The notes beneath the pieces were generated by a model. That model saw only the letters and a list, made by a program, of their open reading frames with translations. It did not search any database and was not told the origin of the DNA. From contig CAVFFR010000004.1 in assembly GCA_963621875.1 (NCBI GenBank), positions 1-61,023 of the forward strand: 61,023 nucleotides of DNA. The letters are read 5' to 3'. Made by a program: the position numbers and the translations under genes. The DNA is from Bacteroidaceae bacterium (GTDB lineage Bacteria; Bacillota; Clostridia; TANB77; CAG-508). Of the stretch, positions 9,111 through 20,340 are shown piece by piece (position 1 is the first letter of the stretch; each line of letters opens with the position of its first letter).

Positions 9111-12104
9111 TTATTCTTGTGTCGAATTATGTTCTAGTTCAACTTGTTTAGCTTTAGATTTTTTTGCTCTTTTTACTTCTTCCATTACAAATACTTCTAT
9201 AATGTCGCCTTCTTTTATGTCATTATATCCTTCTATTTGTAATCCACATTCAAATCCTTTTGCTACTTCTTTAACATCGTCTTTAAATCTCTTTAAAGAT
9301 GCAAGTTTTCCTGTATGAATTACAACATCTTCTCTTATAACTCTTACGCCGGCATTTCTTTCTACTTTTCCGTCTTTTACATATCCACCTGCAATTGTAC
9401 CAACATTTGATACTTTGAATGTTTGTCTTACTTCTACATTTCCAATTACTTTTTCTTCGTATACTGGATCTAATAGTCCATTCATAGCAGCCTCTACATC
9501 TTCTAATGCTTGATAAATTACGGAATATAGTTTTATTTCTACTTCTTGTTTTTCTGCTGTGGCTTTTGCTATTGCATTTGGCCTTACATTAAATCCTATT
9601 ATTATTGCTTTTGCCGCTTTTGCAAGGTTTACATCTGATTCGTTTATTGCTCCAGCATTTGAATGTATTACTTTTACTTCTACATCTTCATCAGAAAGTT
9701 TTTGTAGTGATTGTTTTAATGCTTCTGCAGTTCCTTGTACATCGGCTTTTACAATAATGTTCAATTGTTTTAAGTTTTCGTGTTCCATTTGATCGAATAG
9801 ATTGTTTAGAGTAACTTTGTTATAAGCATCCATTGCTTTTTCTCTTTTTTGTCTCTCTCTCCTTTCGATTAAATGTTTAGCCATTTTTTCATCTTTAACT
9901 TCGTAGAAAGTTTCTCCTGCTTCAGGAACTTTTGTAAGTCCCATTATCTCTACTGGCGTAGAAGGACCAGCTCCTTTAGCTTTTTTGCCTTTGTCATCTT
10001 TCATAGCTCTAATTCTACCTATTGAAGTTCCAACAACAATTGTATCTCCTACATCTAAAGTTCCTCTTTGAACTAATACTGATGCAATTGGCCCTTTTGC
10101 TTTGTCTAATCTTGCTTCTATAACAACACCTTTTGCTTGTTTTTTTGGATTTACTTTTAAGTCTTTTACATCTGTAACTAATAGTACCATTTCTAGTAAT
10201 TGGTCAATGTTAATATTTTTCTTAGCAGAGATTTCTACAAATATTGTATCTCCACCCCATTCTTCTGGTACTAGTTCGTATTTCATTAATTCTTGTTTTA
10301 CTTTATCTGGATTTGCTCCTGGTAAATCTATTTTATTTACAGCAACTACTATTGGAATTCCAGCTGCTTTAGCATGATTTATCGCTTCAACAGTCTGTGG
10401 CATGACACCATCGTCTGCTGCTACAACTAGTATTGCAACATCTGTAATTTGAGCTCCTCTAGCACGCATACTTGTAAATGCTTCGTGTCCTGGTGTATCT
10501 AAGAAAGTAATTTTTCTATCATTTATAGAAACTTTGTAAGCACCTATATGTTGTGTTATTCCTCCAGCTTCTCCTTCTATTACATTTGTCTTTCTAATTG
10601 CATCTAGAAGGGATGTTTTACCGTGGTCAACGTGTCCCATAACAACAACTACTGGTGGTCTTTGAACTAGGTCTTCTTCTTTATCTTCTGACTCGTCAAA
10701 TAATATGTCTTCTTCTCTTACTTCTTCTTTTTTATTTGCTGTTACACCAAATTCTTCTGCTACTAAGAAAGCTGTATCGAAATCTAATACTTGATTTATT
10801 GTTGCCATTATTCCAAGTTCTAATAATTTTTTAATTACCTCTGAACTTGTTTTCTTTAAATCTGTTGCTAAATCTTTTACACTGATTTCTTCTGGTATTG
10901 TTATTTCTGTTAATTTGAATATTTTTTGTTTATTTCTTTCTTCGTTATTTTTTTGGTTTTTACGTTTTCCTTTTTTACCACGAGCGGTTGATAAGTCATA
11001 ATAATCTAACATTCCGCCATCTTGATCTTCAAACATATTTGATAATCTGTCAACTTGCTTTAGATTTTTTAATTTACCTTCATCATATTCTTCGTGTCCA
11101 TTAAATCTTTTTGATTTTGCAGATTTATTTTGTTTTAACTCATCATTTTTGTTATTTTTTGCTTTGTAATTTGCTCTTGTAGAATAGTCTCTTTGATTTT
11201 CTTTTTCTACAATTTCTGTTTCTAAGATATCATTGATTTTTTTGTCTATTCTCTTATCATCTAAAGGTCTAGAGCCTTTGTTGAAATTATTGTTTCTAAG
11301 GTTATTGTTTCTATCATAATTTTCGTTTTTACTATTTTTATAATTGTTATTATAACCATTGTTTGAATTATTATTGTATCTGTTATTTTGCCTGAAACCG
11401 TCTCTTTGTTGATTGTTATTTGAATATCTATTATTGTTGTAGTTATTTCTTTGTTGATATTGATTATTTCTTTGGAAATGTTCATCTCTATTTGGTCTAT
11501 CATTTCTTTTTGTATTGTTATTAAAAGTACCTTTTGGAGTGTTCACTGGCTTTGTTTCTTTTATTTCTGTTGCTTTTGGATCTTCTGCTTTTACTTCCAC
11601 TGATTTTTTTGTTTCTTCCTTTTTATCCTCGACAACAACCTGTGGTTTTTCTTCTTTTATAGGCTCTTTCTTTGGCTTTTCTTCTTTTTTGTTTATTCCA
11701 AATAATTCATTTACTGTAAGAGGTTTATTAGGTTTGTTTCTATAAACAATATTGTAATCATTATTGTTTCTTCTTTTTACAAATCCTATATCTTTTCTTT
11801 CATTAACTTTTTTAGTTTCCTCTTGTTTTGTTTCTTCTTCATCATTTAGTATTACTTGTCTTCTAATTATTACTGGTCCAGCTTTTTTATTTTCCACCTT
11901 GCTTTCCTTGCTTGGTTTCTTGCTGTTATCCTTAACTTTTTCACTATTAGAATATGATTTTTTTATTTTCGATACTTGATCATCTTCTAAGCTACTTAAA
12001 TGACTTGATAATTCTATTCCAAGTTTTTTTGCTCTTTCTATTAAGTCTTTACTTGTTATTTTTAATTCTTTAGCAAGTTCATATGCTTTCATTTTACCCA
12101 ACAA
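9111..12104 (-). CDS. infB: Translation initiation factor IF-2.
   Basis: GTPase motifs [13 protein letters not shown] and NKID are present. The TTG start lies 6-7 nt after AGGGGGTG. The N-terminal region is long and low in complexity. Confidence 0.96.
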   Translation of the reverse strand: MLGKMKAYELAKELKITSKDLIERAKKLGIELSSHLSSLEDDQVSKIKKSYSNSEKVKDNSKKPSKESKVENKKAGPVIIRRQVILNDEEETKQEETKKVNERKDIGFVKRRNNNDYNIVYRNKPNKPLTVNELFGINKKEEKPKKEPIKEEKPQVVVEDKKEETKKSVEVKAEDPKATEIKETKPVNTPKGTFNNNTKRNDRPNRDEHFQRNNQYQQRNNYNNNRYSNNNQQRDGFRQNNRYNNNSNNGYNNNYKNSKNENYDRNNNLRNNNFNKGSRPLDDKRIDKKINDILETEIVEKENQRDYSTRANYKAKNNKNDELKQNKSAKSKRFNGHEEYDEGKLKNLKQVDRLSNMFEDQDGGMLDYYDLSTARGKKGKRKNQKNNEERNKQKIFKLTEITIPEEISVKDLATDLKKTSSEVIKKLLELGIMATINQVLDFDTAFLVAEEFGVTANKKEEVREEDILFDESEDKEEDLVQRPPVVVVMGHVDHGKTSLLDAIRKTNVIEGEAGGITQHIGAYKVSINDRKITFLDTPGHEAFTSMRARGAQITDVAILVVAADDGVMPQTVEAINHAKAAGIPIVVAVNKIDLPGANPDKVKQELMKYELVPEEWGGDTIFVEISAKKNINIDQLLEMVLLVTDVKDLKVNPKKQAKGVVIEARLDKAKGPIASVLVQRGTLDVGDTIVVGTSIGRIRAMKDDKGKKAKGAGPSTPVEIMGLTKVPEAGETFYEVKDEKMAKHLIERRERQKREKAMDAYNKVTLNNLFDQMEHENLKQLNIIVKADVQGTAEALKQSLQKLSDEDVEVKVIHSNAGAINESDVNLAKAAKAIIIGFNVRPNAIAKATAEKQEVEIKLYSVIYQALEDVEAAMNGLLDPVYEEKVIGNVEVRQTFKVSNVGTIAGGYVKDGKVERNAGVRVIREDVVIHTGKLASLKRFKDDVKEVAKGFECGLQIEGYNDIKEGDIIEVFVMEEVKRAKKSKAKQVELEHNSTQE

Positions 12105-12151
12105 TTACACCCCCTATATTTATGTTTTTTATTGTTCCCTTTTTGTTTTCT

Positions 12152-12412
12152 TTATTTATCAATAATTACACCTCTTAAGCTTTCATAAATTTCGTTATCT
12201 ATTTTAGTTTCAAAGTTATTTTCTAACCTTTTCGACTTTATAGCCTTTTCCAAACATTCTATATTATTACATATATATGCGCCTCTACCATTAGCTTTTC
12301 CTGTTTTGTCTATAAATATTTTGCCATCATTCTGTTTAACTATTCTTATAAATTCTTTTTTGTCTTTAGACTCTTTACATCCTAGACAAGTTCTTTGTGG
12401 TTTCTTTTTCAA
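12152..12412 (-). CDS. ylxR: YlxR/RnpM-family protein (DUF448).
   Basis: The RTCxGC motif is present and the gene lies between nusA and infB. Confidence 0.85.
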   Translation of the reverse strand: MKKKPQRTCLGCKESKDKKEFIRIVKQNDGKIFIDKTGKANGRGAYICNNIECLEKAIKSKRLENNFETKIDNEIYESLRGVIIDK

Positions 12413-13633
12413 TTATTCCACTTCCTTTTTAGTAGTTTTTCTTGTTCTTTTTGCTTTTGGCTTTTCTTCTTGTACAACTTCTTCAACAGGCTCTGCTACT
12501 GGTTCTTCTAGAACTTCGTTAATTTCTTCTTTTTCTTGTAATTGTGCTAGCATCTCTTGGAATTGAGATTTGCTCTTTATATCTATTTTCCAGTTTGTAA
12601 GTTTTGCCGCAAGTCTTGCGTTTTGTCCTGATTTTCCTATTGCTAATGATAATTGATCATCCGGAACTATTACTTGTGCAAATTTTTCTTCTTCTTTTAT
12701 ATCAACCGCCATTACTTTTGCTGGAAGTAATGCTTCTGCTATAAATATTGATGGATCTTCATTCCATTCTATTACATCTATTTTCTCTCCACATAGCTCA
12801 TTGATTATATTTTGAATACGTATTCCTTTTTGTCCTACACAAGAGCCTACTGGATCTATGTTCTCATTTTGAGAATATACTGCAACTTTACATCTCTTTC
12901 CTGGATCTCTTGATACACTCTTTATTTCTATTAATCCTTCATATATTTCTGGTATTTCTAATTCAAATAATTTTCTTAAGAATTCGTTATTTGCTCTTGA
13001 TACTATTATTTGAGTAGATCCCTTTGGTCCTTTTTCTACATCTGCTACGCAAGCTCTTAATTTTTGATTTACATAGTAGTTTTCTGTTGGAATTTGCTCT
13101 TTTATTGGCATTATTCCTTCTATTTTTCCTAAGTCTATTACAATTATTGATTTGTCAACTTTTTGTACTATCCCTGAAATTATTTCTCCTTTTTTTTCTG
13201 TAAATTCATTGAATATTACATCTCTTGAAGCTTCTCTTATTCTCTGTACTATTACTTGTTTTGCTGTTTGAGCTGCAATTCTACCAAAGTTCTTTGGTAT
13301 TAATTCTTTTTCTACAACATCTCCTACTTTATATTTAACATCAATTTTTTTTGCATCTTCTAGACTTATTTGTGTAGCTGAGTCTTCTACTTCCTCTACA
13401 ATATCTAATTCTTCATATACATGTGTTTCACCTGTTTCTGGATTCATTGTTACTTTTACATTTTCTGAGTTTACATCAAAATTTCTTTTATATGCAGTAA
13501 CAAGTGCAGCTTCTATTGATTCCAACACATAGTCTTTTTTGATTCCTTTTTCTTTTTCTAGTTCTTCTAGTGCAAGTATTAATTCTGCACTGTCTATTCC
13601 TCTGTTTTCAACTTTCTTTACTTTCTTTTTCAT
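12413..13633 (-). CDS. nusA: Transcription termination/antitermination factor NusA.
   Basis: S1 and KH domain sequence is present and the synteny is conserved. Confidence 0.95.
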   Translation of the reverse strand: MKKKVKKVENRGIDSAELILALEELEKEKGIKKDYVLESIEAALVTAYKRNFDVNSENVKVTMNPETGETHVYEELDIVEEVEDSATQISLEDAKKIDVKYKVGDVVEKELIPKNFGRIAAQTAKQVIVQRIREASRDVIFNEFTEKKGEIISGIVQKVDKSIIVIDLGKIEGIMPIKEQIPTENYYVNQKLRACVADVEKGPKGSTQIIVSRANNEFLRKLFELEIPEIYEGLIEIKSVSRDPGKRCKVAVYSQNENIDPVGSCVGQKGIRIQNIINELCGEKIDVIEWNEDPSIFIAEALLPAKVMAVDIKEEEKFAQVIVPDDQLSLAIGKSGQNARLAAKLTNWKIDIKSKSQFQEMLAQLQEKEEINEVLEEPVAEPVEEVVQEEKPKAKRTRKTTKKEVE

Positions 13634-13660
13634 TTTTCCAATCAGTCCCTTCCTTTTATT

Positions 13661-14116
13661 TTACCACTTATAAGCTAATTTCATTAAACTTATGTTTTTT
13701 CTTTCTATTGATAATTCTTGCGTTTCTGTTTCTATAATAATATTTGTTTCATCAAATGATTTTAATATTCCTGTTACTTCTTTTTGTTTTTCTATTGCTT
13801 TAAATAATTTAATATTAATTTCTTTTCCGATACTTTCTTTTAAATGTTTTTCTTTTCTTATATGTCTTTCTATTCCTGGTGAAGATACTTCTAAGAAATA
13901 TTGCTCTTTTATATAGTTCGCTTCATCTAGCATATCTGTAATTGCATTATTTACTTTTTCGCAGTCATCTAAGCTTATTCCATTTTCGCTATCTATAAAA
14001 ATTCTTAGATAATTGTCTTTTCCTTCTTTTGTATATGTTACATCATATACATTATATCCTAAATCATTTATTGGTTTAGTGACAAGTTCTTCTACTTTTT
14101 CTTCTATATTTGCCAA
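13661..14116 (-). CDS. rimP: Ribosome maturation factor RimP.
   Basis: 151 aa, immediately upstream of nusA, with the LEVSSPGIER motif. Confidence 0.92.
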   Translation of the reverse strand: MANIEEKVEELVTKPINDLGYNVYDVTYTKEGKDNYLRIFIDSENGISLDDCEKVNNAITDMLDEANYIKEQYFLEVSSPGIERHIRKEKHLKESIGKEINIKLFKAIEKQKEVTGILKSFDETNIIIETETQELSIERKNISLMKLAYKW

Positions 14117-14139
14117 TTTTAACCTCCTTATAACATATC

Positions 14140-14168
14140 AGAAGAGTGGAATTCGCTTCCACTCTTCT
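14140..14168. other. Perfect 12-bp stem-loop (AGAAGAGTGGAA ttcgc TTCCACTCTTCT) between the transposase fragment and rimP.
   Basis: Read directly from the sequence. There is no U-tract on either strand. Confidence 0.4.
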
Positions 14169-14178
14169 GCCTTACTCT

Positions 14179-14436
14179 TTATGTCTTTATTATTATACCC
14201 TTTTTTTGGAAAAAATGCAATAGTTTTTCCAAAATTTCCAATTTTTCTAATGAACTTCTTGATATATGATACTTTCTGCAAGTATATTCTATATCTCCAT
14301 TATTTAAATATGTTTTTACTGCATTTTCTTTGGTTTTTAAATCATGTGGTAAATATCTCTTTGCATTTTTTGAATTTTGTGTTATACTATTCATAAGTGA
14401 TTCAAGTCCTTTCGTATAATTTTCATTTTTTGACAA
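14179..14436 (-). pseudogene. Isolated helix-turn-helix N-terminal fragment of a transposase (IS remnant).
   Basis: 85 aa containing RYLPHDLKTKENAVKTYLNNGDIEYTCRKYHISRSSL, which resembles the HTH domains of IS481/IS3-type transposases. No catalytic domain follows. Confidence 0.5.
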
Positions 14437-14534
14437 TTCAATTATACTACTTGAATCACTTTTTTTCTATATTTTTTGTTTCACATCAATTGTAACACTA
14501 CAAAATACAAATTTGCTCTTGTGTTCTGCTTACT

Positions 14535-16057
14535 TTATTTGTTATTTATCCATTCTATAAATTCTTCATATGTTTTTAGATCATCTTCTACTTCTTTAAT
14601 TGTTTCATTATTATATTGTTCTTGATTGTTTACAGCATATAACCCAACAGTATTTAAATAGTATAAATTTTCAAGTTTAGCATTACTATCATATTTAATT
14701 TGTTTCCCTATTATTGAACCAACATCTCCATTTGAAGCAGAAACACTACCTTTATTATAACATTTTTCTACTGTTCCTTGTTGAGACTCTCCACAAAGAT
14801 AGCCTACTATTCCTCCCACTAACTGTATTCCTGATACCGAACCCGAGTTATAACATTCTCTAATCACTGAATATGACTGGCCATTCTTTTGATTCATATG
14901 TCCAACTATTCCTCCTCCTACTTTTGAAGAAATAATTTCTCCTATATTACTACATTTTTCGATAGTTCCTCTTATTGATATCATTCCAACAATTCCACCT
15001 GTTGTAATTATTCCTTTAATCTTACCTTCATTTATACACTTATATACTCTTATTTCATCCGTATCACTTGCTACACCAACAATTCCGCCTGTATATATTC
15101 CGCCTTCATCTCCTAATGTAACATTACCATAATTTATGCAATTAGAAATCTCAGATTTTCCTACCATTAGTCCGGACAATTCCTCCAGCCTGTGTATAAT
15201 CGTTGCTACTACCTCTACCATAAGCATATATATTTCCTGTATTTGTGCAATTTACTATTTTAGTTGCCTGGCTTTGTGCTACAACTCCTCCTACAGTATT
15301 GTTATCCCCCTCTTTCAGTATTACTGTGGTACCAATATTGTGGCAATTTTCTATTGTTCCGCCTCTTACAGCTCCAGCAATTCCTCCCGTGCAACCTTTC
15401 CCTTCTATATAACTATTCTTTACTGTTAGATTTTTTATAGTATTGATATTACCAAATATACCACAAAATAAATTATCAGCATTTACATATACACCTTGAA
15501 TGTAATGATTATTTCCTTCGAATGTTCCTAGTAATATATTTTCTTTTTTCATTCCTACAGGAGTCCATTCTACTCCTAGTGTTAGATTTCCGTTTTCATC
15601 AAATCTCGCTCCTAAGTCTAAATCATTCATTAGGTAAATAGTTGTTGTTTCTGTAATAGCTATATCTTCAGCAGTCACATTGTTATCAGAAAGAATTTTT
15701 TCGTCTTGTTCTGTTAGTTCTTTATTAACAAAATCCGCAAAGAATTTCATTTGTGATTCATTATATATACCAGTCAAATTTACTTGTTGCATCATTTTGT
15801 TTGAATTCTGGCAGCTCTTTTTCTACACCATTCCATTCTGGTATAATATCTTTTATTGCATCGGATATTCTACTTATATCATCTATCTCATTTTTTGTTG
15901 CTTGATTCATTCTTTCTCTTGCATCTTTGCTTTTTTGTATTATTCCGTTGTTATCTAATATCAAGCTTATGCTTACTCCTGCTAATATCAAAAGTACTAC
16001 TATTGTTACAACCAAAGCTATTAATGTTATTCCTTTTTTATTCTTTATTTTTTTCAT
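14535..16057 (-). pseudogene. Pilin-like N-terminus plus GG[IV][VA]G-repeat (GLUG-motif-like) surface protein, disrupted by two frameshifts.
   Basis: Three consecutive ORFs (15761-16060, 15151-15795, 14535-15227) together parallel the single intact paralog at 44172-45980. The second shift is at GTCCGGA (15171-15177). Removing one base there restores GGIVGLMVGKSEISNC. Confidence 0.8.
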
Positions 16058-16076
16058 CAAACTATCTCCTTTGTTT

Positions 16077-16255
16077 TTATTAAATATATAATTTAATAAA
16101 AATGCAAAAAGCCTACAGTCTATGGAGCTCTAGCAATTCATAACTTATATATTATTTAACTCCTTTATTTTTGTAATTTTATAGTATTGATTTTTTCTTA
16201 CAGTTATGCTATATATTTATTATATAAATTTTAATTAAATTATATATTTAATTAA
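16077..16255. promoter_or_regulatory. Inverton-like cassette, copy 2 (179 bp). The sites are at 16077-16099 and 16231-16255. The plus-strand promoter is TTGATT 16187-16192, 17-nt spacer, TGC-TATATA 16210-16215, and it points away from the pilin-like pseudogene.
   Basis: Read directly from the sequence. Internal distances are identical to copies 1 and 3. Confidence 0.6.
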
Positions 16256-16274
16256 AAAATTTTAAAGACACGAA

Positions 16275-16315
16275 AAGAACCCAGATTTACAGATTTATCT
16301 CTCATCTAGGTTCTT
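16275..16315 (-). terminator. recG terminator stem-loop.
   Basis: AAGAACCCAGAT pairs with ATCTAGGTTCTT with one mismatch. On the minus strand it is followed by TTTTCG. Confidence 0.6.
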
Positions 16316-16374
16316 ATTAGTTTTAATTTGTGTAAGTAACTGTATTTTATGCTTATACAGTCATAAACTTACTT

Positions 16375-18426
16375 TTATATTTCTATTCTTTCTTTTCTTA
16401 TTTTTTCTACTATTTTCTTTAATGGTGCATTTTCTTCTTTTTCTAATTTTTTATCTTGATTTTCTATTCTTATTGCTAGTTCCTGAACTTGTTTTAATAC
16501 TTTTACATCTTCAAATATATTTGCTATTTTAAATTCTGGAAGTCCATGTTGTTTTGTTCCAAAGAATTCTCCTGCACCTCTTAGTTCTAAGTCTTTTTCT
16601 GCTATTTTGAAGCCATCTTCTGTTTGTGTCATTGTCTTCATTCTTTCTCTTACCATTTGAGAATTACTGTTATATTTCAAAATACAGTATGATTGATATT
16701 CTCCTCTTCCAACTCTTCCTCTTAGTTGATGAAGTTGTGCTAGTCCAAATCTTTCTGCATTTTCTATTACCATTATGTTGGCATTTGGAACATCTACTCC
16801 AACTTCTATTACTGTTGTCGAAATCAGTATGCTTATTTTGTTTTCTTTGAAGTCTTGCATTGTTTTTTCTTTGTCTTTTGGTTTCATTTTTCCGTGCAAG
16901 ATTTCTACTTTATAGTCTTTGAATATTTCATCTTTATATGTCTTTGCTAGTTTTTCTACAGACTTTACATCTTCCATTTCTTCATTCTCGTCCACAAATG
17001 GACATACTATGTAGGCTTGTCTTCCTTCGTCTACATTCCTTTTTATGAATGTAATTATTCTGTCTGCCATATTTTCTTTTACAGCAACTGTCTCTATCTT
17101 TTTCCTATTTGGTGGCAATTCATCTATTATAGAAATATCTAGATCTCCATATACTATTATTGCAAGTGTTCTTGGTATAGGAGTTGCTGTCATTACTAAA
17201 ACATCTGGATTGTTTCCTTTACCAGCAATTACACTTCTTTGCTTTACACCAAATCTGTGTTGCTCATCTGTTATTACTAATCCTAGGTTTTTAAATTCAA
17301 CATTTTCTTGTAAGAGTGCGTGCGTTCCTATAAGAATGTCTATTTCGCCGTTTTTTAATCTTTCTAGTACATTATCTTTTTGTTTTTTTGTTAAGCTACT
17401 TACTAGAAGCTCACATCTGATGCCAAATTGTTCTAATATTTTATTAAAGTTCACAATATGTTGACTTGCAAGTATTGTAGTTGGTGCCATCACTGCCACT
17501 TGGTATCCACTTTTAACGGCCTTATACGCAGAGATCATTGCAACAACTGTTTTTCCAGAGCCAACATCTCCTTGAAGGAGTCTGTTCATAGGCTTTTCTG
17601 ATTCCATATCAGCATCAATTTCTTCTAAAACTCTTAATTGTGCCTTTGTTAAATTAAATGGTAGTACATTTATTACATCAGACATATGGACTTCTTTATT
17701 ATATTTTATTCCTCTAATTTCATTACTATATTGATTTTTTAGGCTAAGTAATGCTAATTGGAAGGTCAGTAGTTCTTCAAAGACTAGTCTTTGCCTTGCA
17801 ACTGTTAATGAGTCAAAGTCTGATGGGAAATGTATTTGTTCTACTGCTTTATCAAAGTCTTCTAAGTTATATTCTTTTTTTATATATTCAGGCAAATTAT
17901 CTTTTAATTGATCATTTGCAAGTTTTAAAGCATTTTCCATAGCCTGTCTTATTGCATTCTCAGATAAACTTTTAGTAGTGCTGTATATTGGAACTATTTT
18001 TCCTGTATTTTTACTTTCTCCTTCTTTGTCAAAAACAGGAGATGACATTTCCATTTTCCCTAATTTCTGTGTAATCTTACCATAGAACTTATATTTTTCG
18101 TGTGCTTGTATAGAATTTCTTATATAATCTTGATTAAACCATGTAATTAAACATCTACCTGTATCATCCTGAACTTGTACTTTAGAAACAGACATATTTC
18201 TTCTTAGCTTAAAAGTTGAAACTCTTGACATCGTAACTGCTTCAATTAAAGCTTCTTCTCCATCTTGAAGTTCCTCTATTGTTTTTATTTTGCTTCTGTC
18301 TTGGTAAGCTCTTGGATAATAAGTTATTAAATCTTCTATTGTATATATTCCTAATAGATTAAATAATTTTGCTCTGTTTGGTCCTACTCCTTTTATATAT
18401 TGAACACTTTGTTTTAAATCAATCAT
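16375..18426 (-). CDS. recG: ATP-dependent DNA helicase RecG.
   Basis: Wedge domain plus SF2 helicase motifs ([21 protein letters not shown]). Confidence 0.95.
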   Translation of the reverse strand: MIDLKQSVQYIKGVGPNRAKLFNLLGIYTIEDLITYYPRAYQDRSKIKTIEELQDGEEALIEAVTMSRVSTFKLRRNMSVSKVQVQDDTGRCLITWFNQDYIRNSIQAHEKYKFYGKITQKLGKMEMSSPVFDKEGESKNTGKIVPIYSTTKSLSENAIRQAMENALKLANDQLKDNLPEYIKKEYNLEDFDKAVEQIHFPSDFDSLTVARQRLVFEELLTFQLALLSLKNQYSNEIRGIKYNKEVHMSDVINVLPFNLTKAQLRVLEEIDADMESEKPMNRLLQGDVGSGKTVVAMISAYKAVKSGYQVAVMAPTTILASQHIVNFNKILEQFGIRCELLVSSLTKKQKDNVLERLKNGEIDILIGTHALLQENVEFKNLGLVITDEQHRFGVKQRSVIAGKGNNPDVLVMTATPIPRTLAIIVYGDLDISIIDELPPNRKKIETVAVKENMADRIITFIKRNVDEGRQAYIVCPFVDENEEMEDVKSVEKLAKTYKDEIFKDYKVEILHGKMKPKDKEKTMQDFKENKISILISTTVIEVGVDVPNANIMVIENAERFGLAQLHQLRGRVGRGEYQSYCILKYNSNSQMVRERMKTMTQTEDGFKIAEKDLELRGAGEFFGTKQHGLPEFKIANIFEDVKVLKQVQELAIRIENQDKKLEKEENAPLKKIVEKIRKERIEI

Positions 18427-18451
18427 ATTTACTTCCTATATTTTATATTCT

Positions 18452-18483
18452 TTCGCCCAAGAGGAAAATACCTCTTGGGCGAA
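18452..18483 (-). terminator. GC-rich 13-bp perfect stem-loop downstream of ftsH (TTCGCCCAAGAGG aaaata CCTCTTGGGCGAA).
   Basis: Read directly from the sequence. The T-run lies on the plus-strand side only. Confidence 0.55.
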
Positions 18484-18487
18484 GTTT

Positions 18488-20323
18488 TTATTCAAATAAT
18501 TTATTAAATTCCTCTGAAGATATAACTTCTTTTTCTATTAATAAATTTGCTAGTTCGTGTAATTTGTCTATATGTTCTAATAATATGGTTTGTGCTTTGA
18601 TATACGCATTATCAACCATTGCTCTTACTTCTTGTCCTATTTCATTTTCCATATTGTTTCCATATAATTGCATTTGATATGGATCTCTTTCTACGTTTAT
18701 ACTAATAGGGCCTAATTTGTCACTCATTCCATATACTATAATCATATCTTTTGCTACATTTGTAGCTACTTCTAGGTCATTGCTTGCTCCTGTTGAGATA
18801 TCATTTATGATTATTTTTTCTGCTGCTCTTCCACCTAATAAAGCAATCATTTTTTCTAGCATTTCTGTTTTAGATATATAATATTTATCTTCGTTGGTTT
18901 TATACATTGTATATCCACCAGCAACTCCTCTTGGAATTATAGATACTTCTTTTATGTCTTTTTGTGTTTCTAAAAATCTGCTTACTATAGCATGTCCAGC
19001 TTCGTGATATGCAGTTATTTTCTTGTCTTTATCAGACATTATTCTGCTATGTTTTTCCACTCCGACAGTTACTTTCTTTAAAGCGTCATCTATATCTTTG
19101 TTTGTTATTGCTTTTTCTTTGTTTATTGTTGCAATTATTGCAGCTTCATTTAATATGTTAGCAAGCTCTGCTCCTGTAAATCCTGCAGTATCTCCTGCTA
19201 TTGCTCTTAAGTCCACATCTGGAGCTAATGTTTTGTCTTTTGCATGTATTTTTAAAATTGCTTCCCTTCCATTCATATCTGGAAGTGCGATTGTTATTTG
19301 TCTGTCAAATCTTCCAGGTCTTAGCAATGCTTGGTCTAGCATTTCTGGTCTATTTGTCGCAGCTAGTACTATTACTGTATTGTCCGAATCAAAACCGTCC
19401 ATTTCTACTAACAATTGATTTAATGTTTGGTTATTGTCTATATCAGCCGCACTTCCACCTTCTGATCTCTTAGATCCAACAGCATCTATCTCATCTATAA
19501 ATATTATTGCAGGTGAAGCTTTTTTTGCTTTTTCAAATAATTTTCTTACTCTCGAAGCACCTAGTCCTGCGAACATTTCTGTAAATTCAGAACCATTCAT
19601 TGTTATAAATGGGACATTAGCCTCTCCTGCTATTGCTTTAGCTATTAAAGTTTTTCCTGTTCCAGGCTTTCCACATAGTAATACTCCTTTTGGAATTTTC
19701 GCACCCATTTTATAGAATTCTTCTGGATTCTTTAAGAAACTTACTATTTCTATCATTTCTTGTTTTTCTTCATCTAGTCCAGCAACATCATCAAATGTTG
19801 TTTTTACATCTTCTTCTGTTGCATCATAGAATTTGCCTTTTCCTTCTAGTCCTTGCATTTTTATTAATAATACAAATAGTATTGCCATTAATACGGTTGG
19901 TAATATAGTAAATATCTTATCTCCTAATGTAAGTAAGAAATTTGGTTTTACTTGTACTAATTCTATTTCATTTCCTTCTAATTTTTTATTCTGCACAAGT
20001 TCAACAAATGCTTGAGTACTTGGTATTATCGCTGTTTTTTGCTTTTCTTCTCCTTTTAATTTTACTTTAACAGCTGTGCTTCCAATTGTCATTCTTACTT
20101 TTTCTACATTGCCCTCATCTATTTGTTTTACTAAATCTGTATAAGCTAGTTCGTCTTCTTTTATTACATCTTTTTCTTTATTATCTTTAATTACTCCATA
20201 GATTATTGATGCAATTAATACTACAGATAATATTGATATTAAAATATACAAAAGTATTTTCTTATTTTTATCTTTGTTATCGTTTTGTTTTTTGTTTTTA
20301 CTATTATCGTCCTTTTTGCCCAA
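18488..20323 (-). CDS. ftsH: ATP-dependent zinc metalloprotease FtsH.
   Basis: AAA+ Walker A GPPG-like motif GKPGTGKT, the HEAGH zinc motif and an N-terminal TM segment. Confidence 0.96.
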   Translation of the reverse strand: MGKKDDNSKNKKQNDNKDKNKKILLYILISILSVVLIASIIYGVIKDNKEKDVIKEDELAYTDLVKQIDEGNVEKVRMTIGSTAVKVKLKGEEKQKTAIIPSTQAFVELVQNKKLEGNEIELVQVKPNFLLTLGDKIFTILPTVLMAILFVLLIKMQGLEGKGKFYDATEEDVKTTFDDVAGLDEEKQEMIEIVSFLKNPEEFYKMGAKIPKGVLLCGKPGTGKTLIAKAIAGEANVPFITMNGSEFTEMFAGLGASRVRKLFEKAKKASPAIIFIDEIDAVGSKRSEGGSAADIDNNQTLNQLLVEMDGFDSDNTVIVLAATNRPEMLDQALLRPGRFDRQITIALPDMNGREAILKIHAKDKTLAPDVDLRAIAGDTAGFTGAELANILNEAAIIATINKEKAITNKDIDDALKKVTVGVEKHSRIMSDKDKKITAYHEAGHAIVSRFLETQKDIKEVSIIPRGVAGGYTMYKTNEDKYYISKTEMLEKMIALLGGRAAEKIIINDISTGASNDLEVATNVAKDMIIVYGMSDKLGPISINVERDPYQMQLYGNNMENEIGQEVRAMVDNAYIKAQTILLEHIDKLHELANLLIEKEVISSEEFNKLFE

Positions 20324-20340
20324 TTCTTGTTACTCCTTTC

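Noticed and set aside
15151-15227. Programmed ribosomal frameshifting to explain the overlapping ORFs of the pilin-like locus.
   Set aside because: There is no slippery heptamer or downstream structure at either junction. The intact paralog is a single ORF. One junction is a simple extra base inside a repeat-consensus codon.
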